The notes under the pieces: generated by a model
The model's database searches: none
Told to the model about the DNA's origin: nothing
What the model saw: the letters and a program-made list of their open reading frames with translations, nothing else
Part shown: piece after piece, positions 1 through 15,380 of the stretch
Layout: every line of letters starts with the position of its first letter
How positions within the stretch are numbered: the stretch's first letter is position 1
From: the human T2T-CHM13v2.0 reference genome, Homo sapiens
Strand: one strand, 5' to 3'
NCBI RefSeq assembly: GCF_009914755.1
Contig: NC_060928.1
Length of the DNA: 64,000 nt
Program-made: the position numbers and the translations under genes

Positions 1-19
1 TCATTCATTCAGAATGAAT

Positions 20-885
20 TGTAAACTCCCTACCTTGGCTTACAGGGTCGCTGCTCCTACTTGGATCTCATCTCCAGTTTTCTCCCTTGTTCACCTCTGC
101 TCCAGCTGTTTCTCCTAGCTGTTTCTCAAGCACATGCCCCCTCAGGGTCAGGGCTAGGGTTAGACTTGCTGTTCCTTCTCTCTGAGACACCTTTCCTCCA
201 AGTGTCAACAAGCTTACTCTCTTTTCAGTCAGGTCCCCCGTTTAAAAAGTGCTTTCCTAACAAACCCTTTAGCAATTAGCAGCCCCTCCAGCATTCTCTG
301 TCTTGGGTTGGGTTCCTCGAGCCTAAGGCCAGGACATGGAAGCAGGATGTTTATTTGAGTTGTGGTTCAGGGAAGCTGGAATAAGGGAATGGGGAAGGGA
401 AGGTGGTATGAGAGAAAGCCAATAAAGGGCAGAAGCTGAGCTGGTGATCACTGTGGGCAATCAGAACCCAGCCTGTCTGCGAGAAGGGCTGGGGCACCTA
501 CAGGCTGGTCCTGAAGAGCAGCAGCAGTATAAGCAGCTCCTTACTATGGAGAACACTCTGAGCAGAAAGTGCCAGAGATGAGAAGTTGTCCTAAGCAAAA
601 GACATCTTCCTCAGCTGCAGCTGAAGTCAAGGTGGGCTGAAGGGACATAAGGCAGGACAGATCAGCATCTGTTGCCCTCTCTGCCACCCTACTCTGCCTT
701 CTTTCCCTGCTGTTTTTATCCCCTGGCAGGGTCTCTGTTGATTGGAAGAAGGATGTATACTGTCTGTCTCTTTTCTCTCCCCATTCCCACCCCATACATG
801 TAAGCTCAAGAACAGAAAGTTAACAGACTGGTTCTCTGCTACATCCCCAACACTTAGAAGAGTACTTGGCAGGTTTTGTTGGATT
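20..885 (+). mobile_element. L2 (LINE2) 3' region, split by an LTR insertion at ~299-676
   Basis: Degenerate L2 3' motifs (cttgctgttccttctctctg...; tgtaagctc...catccccaacacttagaagagtacttggca) on both sides of the LTR. Confidence 0.6.
299..676. mobile_element. ERVL solo LTR, LTR33-like
   Basis: Begins TGTCTTGGGTTGGGTTCC, contains gtttatttg, agccaataaaggg and cactgtgggcaa, ends cagcatctgttgc; matches the LTR33 consensus as I recall it. Confidence 0.65.
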
Positions 886-889
886 AGCT

Positions 890-1255
890 TATTCATTTGT
901 TTACTCATACATTTCCATAACAAACATTTTCTGAGCTGTACCTGGGCTAAATGCAAGGGGGTCAAACCTGAACTTGGTACATGTCATACCTGTCCTGGAG
1001 ACTATCACAGTCCAGTGATAGAAACAGCCACAGAAAATAATAATAATAATACGTGATAAGTGCAACAAATGAGATCTGTACAGAGAACTATGGGAGCAAG
1101 GGGAGGGAACCACAAATGACCCTGGGGAATCAGAGAGAGTGCCACAGAGGACATTTTAATTGAGACTTGGAGAATGAGTAGGAGTTTGCCGATCAAAGGC
1201 AAGAAAGGCATTCCTAGTAAAAGGAATGGCTTTAGCAATGGTAAGATGGCTACAT
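890..1255 (-). mobile_element. L2 fragment
   Basis: attcatt...aacaaacattt..ctgagc end motif and ttggagaatgagtaggagtttgcc...ggcattcc, typical of antisense L2. Confidence 0.55.
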
Positions 1256-1344
1256 GACAATACACAAATCTGGGGCATAAGGCACATTGGCAGGAGTTGA
1301 ACTTTGTAACAGCCATCACCCACGAGAAATAAATTCCTACTCAA

Positions 1345-2460
<1,116 letters not shown>

Positions 2461-3379
2461 AATGGCCCAAGGAATTTCCCTGGAAAGACAGATATATTTT
2501 ATATGGTTTTTCAATCTATGACCTCATTTGTGTTGAAGTGACTCTGTTTTCTATGTTTCTTATTAAAACAATACGTCAGACACTATTCACTCTATTCATT
2601 AATCCAATGATTTATTCACTCAGCAAACATTTATTTAGTGTCCATTATAAAAAAAGGTACCATTCTACATGATAGGGGATACCTACCAGCTAAAAAGACA
2701 AGACTCCCTACTTCAATGAGTATATTATCTGTTATAAAAAAGAACATATACATTCAAATAGCTCCTGAGCACTTAAGTATTTAGAAATTATATGCCATAA
2801 AACTACATCACCATAATGCACCTATTTTTATTAGTATGTGGCCAGTATCACTGTAAAATAAAATTGGAGCCATAAATACAATATCAGCTCTTTCATATCT
2901 CAGCAGTTGTCAAGGTCTAAAAAAGTAACTGCAGAAAAGAACCTTAAACAGTCATGTTATGACTTTCCTGAGGACAAGGGGCCAAAAGTTACATTGCCAA
3001 CCCTCACCCCCACTAACACAAACACTTTGGATAGAAGGAGAAAATGAAGACAAATGGTGAATCCCTCCACCTGGGTGTTGTTCACGAGCAGAGTCAGCCA
3101 TTTTTAAAGTCATATTGATTATTGCAGCTACTCCCCAGGCCCAGGCCTGAGAAGAAGCACTTCAGCCAAGTTTGTCTTATGTTCAAATAAGATTGTGGCT
3201 CAATATTCATAGAATAGAGAAGGAGAACACTCACTCTGTCCCTTCTCTCTTCTAATTGCATATAATCTTCACTGCTTTCCTTGTTCATCTTTTAGATTAT
3301 ATAAGGAACATATAAATACATTATCCTTATGAAATAGAAAAACAAAAGTACACATAAAAATTATGAAAGTCTCTCTTCA

Positions 3380-4051
<672 letters not shown>

Positions 4052-4903
4052 TGAACGTAACAGAGAGCCAGGCACATGCAAAGTTCTCAAGAGATGTTCA
4101 TGAATTCAGTGCATTTCTGGCCTTGGTACTCCCACTGTCCCTAGTCTTCTGAAGAGTAGAGTGTTTTGGGGTGAAAGCTGACAAAGTGACATCTTCTACA
4201 TAGTGGACACATTAATAAATACTAAATGACCCCCAAAACTTGAATATATCAAAGCATTGTGGCAAAAGGTTGGAAAACTGTCCATATGAGTCAACTCTCT
4301 TCTTCCTTTGCCCTCTGGGGACACAGGGGACACTGCCCACTCTCCCTGGGGCAGAGAGCCAGCCCATTCATCATTCTGCCAGGCCCCTCCAAGCAAGCTA
4401 CCTGCCAGGCTCCTCTTGCCACTGTCTCTCTCAAGTGAGTCCAAGCGAGGTCATTACCTGGCAACATGAACTCTCCTTATCTCCCTGCCCCTATTTCAGA
4501 AAAGAGTCATTGACAGCAGGGATCCAGTGCCCCCTGAAGCCATCCCCAGGACAAACAAGCTTTAAAGAGTCCACAGTGCCGGTGACCTTTAGAGAGGGCA
4601 GGTCACCAAATCCATGGGGAAGAGATCTAGGGGGTGTCTGCCACTCGCCAGAAAGAGGCTCTTTCTCCAGAAAGGTTTGTGGCCCCAAAAGGGACTTACA
4701 GGAGCAGTTAGGGATCCATAACCAGACAGGCAGCTCTGAAAAGGAATCATTATCAATTTAACAGGTCACAGCTTTTAAAATCCAACCTGTGGTCCACACA
4801 GGGAAAGGTGAGGAGTGTGAGGAAGCAAGGAAACTTCCAGATGAGAGGTAGTGGATCGCCAGGCAAGTAAGAGCACAGAAAACCTTCTGCAGTTGTTTCA
4901 TTA

Positions 4904-5149
<246 letters not shown>

Positions 5150-5639
5150 TCAATTCAGAAATAACAAACTATTTGAAGAAAGTGAAGCAAAAGATAGAAA
5201 ACAAAAGAAAAAGACAGATGAGAGATAGAAAAAGAAAGAGAAAATAGAGAAAGAATAAAGAAGTATTTATGAGTTCATCTTTCAAATGCAAAGGCATAAA
5301 ACGTCTTTGAATATAAAAATCCATCCTTTTGCCTGCAGACTCGCAGAGGGCGAGGCAATGATGAACCCCATTGTGAACATCTGATGCATAATGTGAGGAT
5401 CAAGGAGATAAAACTTGCAAGTTGCTCTGAGCTCTTTGAAAGAAAAGGAACGTGCAAAAGAACTTACTTAGCGTGGTTTAAATTTTGGATTACTCAGATG
5501 CAGTGGACTTGACTCTATGCCTATAGGTGCTTTGAAGTGTTCATTTAAAAATGTATGGTTCATTGTTACTCTGAAATTAAGTTGCTAGCGTAGAGCATAA
5601 CCTCCAGAAATACATGTTTAAGGGATTTGCTTATTATAG

Positions 5640-5733
5640 ATATTGAACTGAAACCACCATTGAGTCAATTCCTGTGGAGCCTCTGCCTGAAAATGAGATA
5701 AAAGTCAAGATGTTGAAAACGAAATTTTAAAGG
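5640..5733 (+). ncRNA. Candidate internal non-coding exon (94 nt)
   Basis: tttgcttattatag| acceptor and near-consensus AGG|GTAAGT donor at 5734, in unique sequence. Confidence 0.35.
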
Positions 5734-6107
5734 GTAAGTATAGTATCAGTTAGAAAACTTGCACAATCAGCCAGCTGACCAACAAGTACTTAATGAGGGC
5801 CTCCTAGGAACACAGCATGATGTCAATAAAACTCACATTGGGCCAGTAAAGAGTTAAGGGGCCTACAAGGAGCCAAAAGGGGCTTTTCTGCTAAGACAGC
5901 AGCAGCAGTATTTGATTGTAGTTGAAATATTCCACATGGAGTATTAGAATCTGGTCCTTTAATCAGTGCTAGTTGGCTGCACCACTGGAATATAGGTTCT
6001 TTGAGGGCAAAAAACCTTTGTATTCGTCACCATTGTATCTCCAGCCTGGTAAATAGTACCTGCATAATAAGTATTTGTTGAATAAATTAAAAAATAAATG
6101 TAAGACT

Positions 6108-6192
6108 GAAAGGGAGGGACAGGGAAGGAAGGGAGGAGGAAAGGAAGGAAAAGGGAGGGGAAGAGAGGGGAGGGCAGGGGAAGGGAAGGGAA
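6108..6192 (+). repeat. GA-rich polypurine tract, G-quadruplex-capable
   Basis: Seven G3-4 runs with loops of 1-6 nt at 6153-6190. Confidence 0.85.
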
Positions 6193-6467
6193 ATTCTTTC
6201 TATAGTAATTCTCCTGGAAACTATGCCTGGCCACATCCACATAACCCTGAGAAAGATGGAAGCAGAGAGTAAGAACTGGCGGGGGAGGTGTAAATATCAG
6301 AGTGAGTGCCAAAGGCATCACCCTTCCTTTGCGACTCAGTAACATTTTGTCCACAACTCCCTTGCACTTACCTCTGTGTACCATATTAGTTGTTTATGGG
6401 GTGGTTTACCTGGGCATTCCTGTTGAGATAGGGGGCCTGACAGACACATACCTAGAGACCATTCACG

Positions 6468-6781
6468 TTTTTTTGTTTGGTTGTTTGGTTTTTTGTTTGA
6501 GACGGGGTCTCACTCTGTCACCCAGGCTGGAATGCAGTGGCGCAATCCCGGCTCACCGCAACCTCTACCTCACGGGTCCAAGCAATTCTCAGTTTCAGTC
6601 TCCCAAGTAGCTAGGATACAAGCACCCGCCACCATGCCCAGCTAATTGTTCTTGTATTTTTAGTAGAGATGGGGTTTCATCATGTTGGCCAGGCTGGTCT
6701 CCAACTTCTGACCTCAAGTGATCCACCCACCTCAGCCTTCCAAAGTTCTGGGATTACAGGCATGAGCCTCCGCACCCAGCC
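6468..6781 (-). mobile_element. AluS
   Basis: Full dimer in antisense with a (TTTG)-degenerate tail. Confidence 0.95.
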
Positions 6782-7969
6782 TCATGCAAGTTTATAACTG
6801 AGTGTCAGCAGCAGGAAAACTGCATGCAACAGAAACCATGTGTTCTTCTTACATTTTGATAAGGTGGGCACCCTGTATATCTAGTGATATTGATCCCGGA
6901 GCATCTTAAAAGCATCACCCAGTCCCTTGTATCCCATACTGAATCATTTCACTCATCTCTGTAGTCCCTTAGAACATAATAAGAGCTCAATATATACTTT
7001 TTCGATGAGTAGAAACTTCCTTTTAGACCAGACTGAGAGTGGTCACCGCCAGTATGATCAAGAGAGTCAAGACCAGAAGGAAGACAAAATTAGCCAGAAC
7101 CACTGGCTGAAAAACTAGAGTCCCCAACCAAAATGAGAGGCTTCAGGTATAAAGGTACATGTTTACTATAATATACATATATTTAGCAGAGAATTTGTTA
7201 TAAAAATTATGATGTGAAATTAGAAGAAGGTGAAACTTAAATAAGCAAATGTTCAAAATGTGCACCTTTGACCTGCCCTCACAGGAACCCTGCACACACC
7301 CACACGCTCCGATCTTATCCTTCCAACCTGAACAGGAGGGATCCATGTTTAGGCTGGAATATGATCACTATATGGTGCAGTTTTTGCTCCAAACACAACA
7401 CCCATATACAAAAAACTAAAGTCAGAGTCAGAATCTTTGAGATTCATTCTGCTGCAGGTTCATATTGGAATGTCTGTGACTACAGTTAATAAACTATACA
7501 TTTTCTGTATCAAATAATCCATATTCAGTAAGCACAATATATGGCTAAACATAAGAAACCTCTGACAATCAAGATTTAAAGTAGGTTTGGAGGAAGCAAA
7601 CTTTGAATTATTAAAACTCAGCTCTAAAAGGCAAGGCAAAGTCCAGCCAAGATCCTTTTCATGGCTGAAGGCAACTATATCTCCATTCTGTGGGCTGAGG
7701 GCAAAAATGTCTCCCTGCCAAGGTCAAGAGTTGAAGGTGAATTTCAATAAATCACCTGGGTCTTTTATGCCTGAAACAAGCCTTTGCTAAAGATGTAGGC
7801 ATTTTAATAAAAAAATAAAGGGCCAAATAACCCAAGCCATTTTGCTTAGTGAAGAAGCTACGTTAAGATACCACAGAAGGAAGTGTAGGCAAATGATGAA
7901 AGTATGAGACCTAAAACAAGTACCCGGACCAGAGCCTTCTCACCTAAATTAAGAAGTCTTCAGTTATGT

Positions 7970-8600
<631 letters not shown>

Positions 8601-9621
8601 TGGTAGGGAGAAAAGAAGCTTTAAACCCTCCGTCTCTCAGTTGTTTACTTCCTTTGAATCACAATGTCCTTCCCTAGATGCAATAGGAATAATGGGACTA
8701 GTCTTGCTCTCAAATTTTTTTAAATGTTTTGATGTAGCTAGGTAATTATACATAATTTAACATAAAATCAGTCTTTGAGTGATACCAGACAAGGCAAAAT
8801 GGGAGATCCTGTTCACTCATTCCATTAATACCTAAAGAGAGGTTACTCAATGGAGTTGAAAGGCAATATGATTTTTGAATTCACACTTTTTGAACAAAAG
8901 GGACATTCCAGTTGCATATCTCATTTAAATGACAGAAACCGCATGCATACTTATGTACACACCTCTCTAACATAGTCCCAATACCCATACAAACACAAAA
9001 CAGGCCCTAACTGCCAATTTCACTTTTATAAAACATATTCTGAAAATTATAGGTTTGAAGTGCTAAAAATTTGAAGAACATACTTCAGCAAGTCAGAAAA
9101 TGGTGGAAATTTTCCCCCTTTTTAATGTAAAGAGGCAGATCATCAACAGTCATTTGCTGAAAAGAAACTTGCTCATTTTTAAACAAGACAGAAATTAAAA
9201 CTGATGTTGCTCCTGTGTGTGTTTGAGTAATGACACAACCAGGCATTAGTTTAAATCAGCTATTGCTGCTGCAATCAATTTTCTCCTAAATTTATCAAGC
9301 ATTGTGATGCCTGATTTACTGACGTTTTTGATGTCTTCCCAATTTAAAAAAATTTCCTCAGCCTCAAAACTTATTGTTTTTTTCTGTAAAGCCACAAAAG
9401 TGTTCTAATTTTTCTAAAACTAGCCAGAGGAAATAAGGAATAAATAAAAAACCTGAAACCATATAAACAAAGTTGCATTAAGAAATAGAATTCAGGAAAA
9501 TACCATGACAACAGTCATCACAGTCAAATCTAATGGAACAATTAGACAATTCTGATTATTAAGTTTCTGCCCTTCCATTGGCTAGATAAAATTTTGAAGA
9601 ATTCCCATGAGCTTCAAGTCA

Positions 9622-9927
<306 letters not shown>

Positions 9928-10379
9928 GGAATGGAAGGGAAGGGAGAAGGATGGAAGGAGGCAGGGAGGGAGGGAAGGAGAGAGGAAGGGAGAAGTTCGA
10001 ACTGCCTTCCCTCCATGGTAGAAGTGAATATACTCATTCATTGCCCTGGCTGCATGGGATAAAGTGGACAGGAGAACTTCTAGGGGCATTACCTAGCCAG
10101 GGCCACTATGTGTGATAGTAAAACAGACCAAAACAGACAGTGATCTCACAGTTTTGATGGTTACATGGAAAAATACACACGTTTACTGACTCATAACAAA
10201 TAATTACTGAGTACCCATTATATGTCAGACTGAACTAGGCAATAAGGACCAAAAGACAAATCAGGCAAGTCTGGTCCCTGCTTCATGGAATCTGCAATCA
10301 AACTCACCAAACTCAGAAAAAAAAAATATATATATATATATATTCATATTTATATTATATATTACAGTAATACGTATAA

Positions 10380-10665
10380 TTCATCCAGTGCTTACTATGT
10401 GCCAGGCAAAAGTGTTTTATGTTATTATCCTCATAATCAAAATAATAGCTACTACTAAGAGCTAGGAACAGTCATTGTGTTAAATATTGCAACTCTATAA
10501 TGAGAGTGTTTTCTTCTTTATGCTTTATCAGCACTTTGTGATGGGAAGAGTTGCTTAGAGAGGTAGAGGGAATTGTTCAAAGGTCACAGATAATAATGGC
10601 AGAATGCAGATTTGAATACAGATATACCTAATTCTAGAACCCATGCTCTTAGCTACCAAGCCCAC
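10380..10665 (-). mobile_element. MIR
   Basis: agtgcttactatgtgccaggca...gcttagagaggt...aaggtcacaga...gatttgaa. Confidence 0.6.
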
Positions 10666-10703
10666 TATACCCCACAATGCACCATTATGGTCTTCCACAC
10701 TAG

Positions 10704-10925
10704 GCCTTGTCGAAGTCATCGGCAGTGAAGAATGAGATGTTAAAATCAGATGTGATATGCATGGGGACAGGAGCCATTCAAAGGCCGGTTTCATCACTGA
10801 ACAGCTAGACCTCCGTTCTGGTTGGCCAACCTCAGGAGCTGATGGATACAGGTTGGAACCAAGCCCAGGGGTCCTCCGGAAGAATCTAAAACAGGCAAAA
10901 TAAAATGTCTTCCAAACAGGTGCTG
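10704..10925 (+). ncRNA. Candidate terminal non-coding exon
   Basis: tcttccacactag| acceptor, unique sequence, AATAAA at 10899-10904 with TG/T-rich sequence downstream. Confidence 0.3.
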
Positions 10926-10990
10926 CCTGATGACTTCTTCTTTGGGCATCAGCAAGGAGGAGGAGAACATTCCTACTGATTACCCTAAAG

Positions 10991-11217
10991 CAGTTGCTCC
11001 CAACACAGGGAAATTTTTCTCCCTGTTCCTCAGCAGAGGACATTTGGCAATATGTGGAGACATTTTCAGTTGCCACAGCTGTGCATAGGCTGCTACTGAC
11101 ATTTAGTAGGTTGAGGTCAGAGATCCCACTAAACATCCTACAGGGCACAGCACAGCCCCTCATAATAAAGAATTATCTGGTCCAAAATGTGAATAGTGCT
11201 ACTGCTGAGAAGTCCTG
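10991..11217 (+). mobile_element. MER20 (hAT-Charlie MITE), full length
   Basis: CAG...CTG termini, ggacatttggcaat and taaacatcctaca motifs, perfect 8-bp TSD ccctaaag (10983-10990, 11218-11225). Confidence 0.9.
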
Positions 11218-11549
11218 CCCTAAAGTATCCTGTGCTAGCTAGTAGATTTTTCTATGAGCTGTAGGCATGAACCTGTGCCCCTAACTTGCCAAGAAAGGAG
11301 CATTGCCTAGATTGTAGTCTACAAAATGGGGTACAGAAAGAAAACAGTGTGTCTTCCATTCATATCTCTGCATCTTAATGTTCTTATTTCATGTGTATGC
11401 TTTATTATGCTCATAAAGTAATAGTACAATAGTACATGCATACAATTTGTATATAAACAAATACACATTTATTGGAGGTATATGCTCAGAAAAGTTTACT
11501 GATAGGAGCACATAATCAGAGAATGCTGGAAATCATTAGACTAGAGAAA

Positions 11550-11900
11550 GGACTATTGATTTAAACTCAAGGAGATCTAAGATCAAATCCCCAACTTAGC
11601 TTCTAATTAACCTTGGTTTAACCATCTGTAAAACGGGAAGAAGAACAGTCATCTCTCAAGATTGTATGACAAATCAAATTCAATTATGTACTAAACACCT
11701 AGCACATAGTAATTGCTCAATAAATGCTCACCTCCTTCACCCTCTCCTCCCCTCCTTGTCCTAGGTTTGAGGACTCTGAACAAGGTCAAAAATTCTCTGT
11801 CCTGAGTGTCATCATCTGCAATCTAATTATGAATGTTCCACCTACTTTACAAAGTTGGCATGAAGGATTAAATAAGATCACTGGTATTAAAGTGCTACCA
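11550..11900 (+). mobile_element. Two MIR fragments
   Basis: catctgtaaaacggg, cacctagcacatagtaattgctcaataaatg, gaaggattaaataagat. Confidence 0.6.
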
Positions 11901-13264
11901 AAAATACAAAGGATTTATAAATATAAAGTTGTTTTCTTAAATAGAGATCATACCACCTTTTATTAAGGTATTCCTGATAATCACTTCTTTGCCCAATTTG
12001 GAAACTCAAAGGCTAACATTCTAAAAGGAAGGAGCTTGAGTAAAATAAACGCATGTGGCTTTTATTTTCTGCTTACCCTATTTCACCATCTTAGCTGAGA
12101 AAGTACTTAAATATTGCAAAATCAGGAATTTCAACAGTGATCTATCCAATTAATCAGCATAGTGTTTTGTTATTTTTTTCCCTGGAGGGAATTGATTCAC
12201 AGTCTGTGAAAACACATTGCATCACACACTGACCACGCAGAGGGGCACAGACGCTGGGCACCTCCTGGACTGTGCTGACGTCAAATTGCAAGGGCATGTG
12301 GCCCCGTGCACTCCCAGATCAGCACAATTCTCCCACCCACTTATGGTCTGGGATTCATGCTTGATCATCTACAATTCCAAGTGCGTATTTTTAAACTTTT
12401 GAAAATGAAGTGTGTTCATGCAAGCACTCTCCAGAAAGGTCAAAAGCAGGCGGGAGCTGCGGCGCCTTCAACGGAGGGCACTGTACTCCTGGAACCTCTC
12501 CCAGTGGGAGCCTAGGAGATGCAGGGAGCTCAACCCCAACCTAGATTTCTCTGGCATTTTCTGACTCTCTCTCCTCACTCTCCCTAATAGAGTTAATAAC
12601 AATAATAGCTCACCATTTTAAAGCACTTCAGATTTTTTAAAACTGTAATGAATATTATCTCCTTGATTCTTTGAATTGCAGTTGCTTACTTACTTACTTG
12701 TATCAACCACTCTAGACGCTGAACTTCTTAAGGGCACAGGCAAGAACTTTTTCATGTCTTGTTATTCCCAGAGCCTGCCTAGCACGTGCATGGCTCATAG
12801 TAGGTGCTTAATATTCATTCCTTAAACTCGTGACTAGATGAAAAAATATTATCATCCTCTTCTAAACAATGAGAAACCTGAAATTCAAAGATATTAAGCC
12901 GTGTGCCCAAAATATGCATTTATAAGTTACAAAGACAGTTCTGAACTCGTTTTCCGATCTCAATTTCACCAGAGACTTCAATATAGAAGGTAATTCTTAC
13001 CTAAGTGAGGTAACTAGAAAGGAAGCTGAATGTCACTCCCCTGAGTGCAGCAATGAAGGAGCTGCCAGGATACAGAAGGGGACACCAACAGAACCAGCAA
13101 ATTTACTAAGGCCAATTCCCTTTTCTTGTGTCCCCAGCTTTGTCCTACATAGACAGGTGTATCTGCCCTATGTGCGTGCATGGCTAGTATATCTAAGAAA
13201 AGGTAAGTTGGACCCTGAACTTCACCTTGATTCAGAATCTGATACCATATTGGCCAGATCTCGA

Positions 13265-13495
13265 GATCTGGAGTGAGATGGACTGGGATGGAATCCAAGC
13301 TCAGCCACTTATAAACGTAGGTCCCTTGGGCAAGTTGCTTAACCATTTTGTCCCTCCATCTCATCTGTAAAATAGGGAAATTAACACAGCTTACTTCATA
13401 GAGATGTTGTAACAATTAAATGAGTCCATACATTTTTAAATGAGCAAAACAATAATAAGTATATGGCTGTAGTGTACTAACAAATATTAGCTATA
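13265..13495 (+). mobile_element. MIR
   Basis: ccttgggcaagttgcttaacc...catctgtaaaataggg core. Confidence 0.75.
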
Positions 13496-13989
13496 ATTTT
13501 TCTTGCACAGGTATATTCTACCTCCACGATGCTATTTCCTACTGTTTCATCGCCTAAGCCAGCCAATGTCTTATCATCACTCTCTGGGTTATTCCAAAGG
13601 CTTCCTAACTAGATTCCTCGTCTATTGGCTCACCGTTCCCCAACACGTCTTTCTACGCCCTTTCTACAACTTCATCTGATCATGTGACTCACTTGCCTGC
13701 ATACTCATGGCTTCCCCACATCCTGGAGGATGCCGTCCAAACTCTTTCATATAATCTTCAAGACGTTTCTTGATGTAAGTCCAACTTCTCACTCAAACCA
13801 CATCTCTCATGTCTTTCCTAGGCTCTACTTTGATCTTCGAGCACAATCCATATAAAATCAAAGCAGCATTGTTTACCGATCATGCAGCTTTGATATCTGC
13901 ACATCCTATAAAAACATTCTAGGTGCTGAAAGAAATGTTCATGAATTAACTTCATACCATAACTGACTATTGAATAATGTCATAATTAA

Positions 13990-14225
13990 GGGCCTGAGCT
14001 TTGGTAATAGGCAGATTAAAGTTTCAGTATCAACTCTGACATGTATTAGCTGTGTGATCTGGGACAAGTTACTTAACCTCTCTGAGTCTCTAGCTGCATT
14101 TCTTCACTTGTAAAATGCAGATAATTTTCTATTTTCCAAAGTGTCATGAGAATTAAATGGAATAATGTATTCTAAGTATTTATAACAATGCCTGGTGCCT
14201 GGTATACTCTCAAAAATGGCAGCTA
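13990..14225 (+). mobile_element. MIR
   Basis: agctgtgtgatctgggacaagttacttaacctctctgag core. Confidence 0.8.
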
Positions 14226-14729
14226 AAACTAAAATCCTCTAGTGTACATCAACAGTAAAAAGGCTTATGGTGATAATTGGGCAACTTGTTGGGGATCCTG
14301 GAGCCAACTTGCATAACAAACTAAGCCCCCTAATGTGTAAGCCCTCAGCGAGAACCACAAGGCCTGCTTCTAGAAAAGCCAGCAAGCATCTGCTTTAAGA
14401 CAGCTTTAAATAAGCACTAAGCACTTGGCAGCCCACACGTATCCTCCTAGCCCATTCTTACCCAAGGAAAGCTGAGACAACAATGGTTGTGTCCCTTCCT
14501 ACTCTCTTAGCATAAATAATTAGGGACATACCTAAGAGCGTGGTCATTTCCAGGCCTACTGCAAGGGTCTACACATATCCCCTCCAGGACAGCAGTGATT
14601 AGAGACGACAGCACCTGAAGGTAGGCCTTTGACAGGACAAAATCAGCCTTGTTGGTGGACACCTGCCAGCCTGACCTAGAGCAAAGACCCAATGGCAGTT
14701 GCCAAAGAGTCTTCATGTCATGCTTCTAA

Positions 14730-15105
<376 letters not shown>

Positions 15106-15309
15106 GATTCTTTTCCTTTAACTCTCACACCCCATTGTGTGTTAACACTTATGTAACTCCAGCCTACTTTGGAAGGACAACTCCTGATGTATAGCTGTCC
15201 AGACAGAAACGCTATGACATTGCGGCCTTTTTCCTGGAGCTGGAAGCTGGAAAAAAGTCCCTTCTTATCAAGCAACTTATAAAATTGATGCTACCTAGAA
15301 AAGAGTACA

Positions 15310-15380
15310 TATGTGTGCATACACACGTACATGCATATGTCCAGGCATGTGTGTGTGCATGTGTTTGTGTGTGTGTGTGT
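15310..15380. repeat. Degenerate (TG)n/(CA)n alternating tract
   Basis: Direct reading. Confidence 0.85.

Noticed and set aside
4240-4761. 173-aa ORF
   Set aside because: Non-ATG start, no recognisable homology or splice context; consistent with a chance frame in GC-richer DNA
10555-11163. Longest ORF (202 aa, minus strand)
   Set aside because: The N-terminus is antisense MER20 and the C-terminus is MIR; non-ATG start and no recognisable domain
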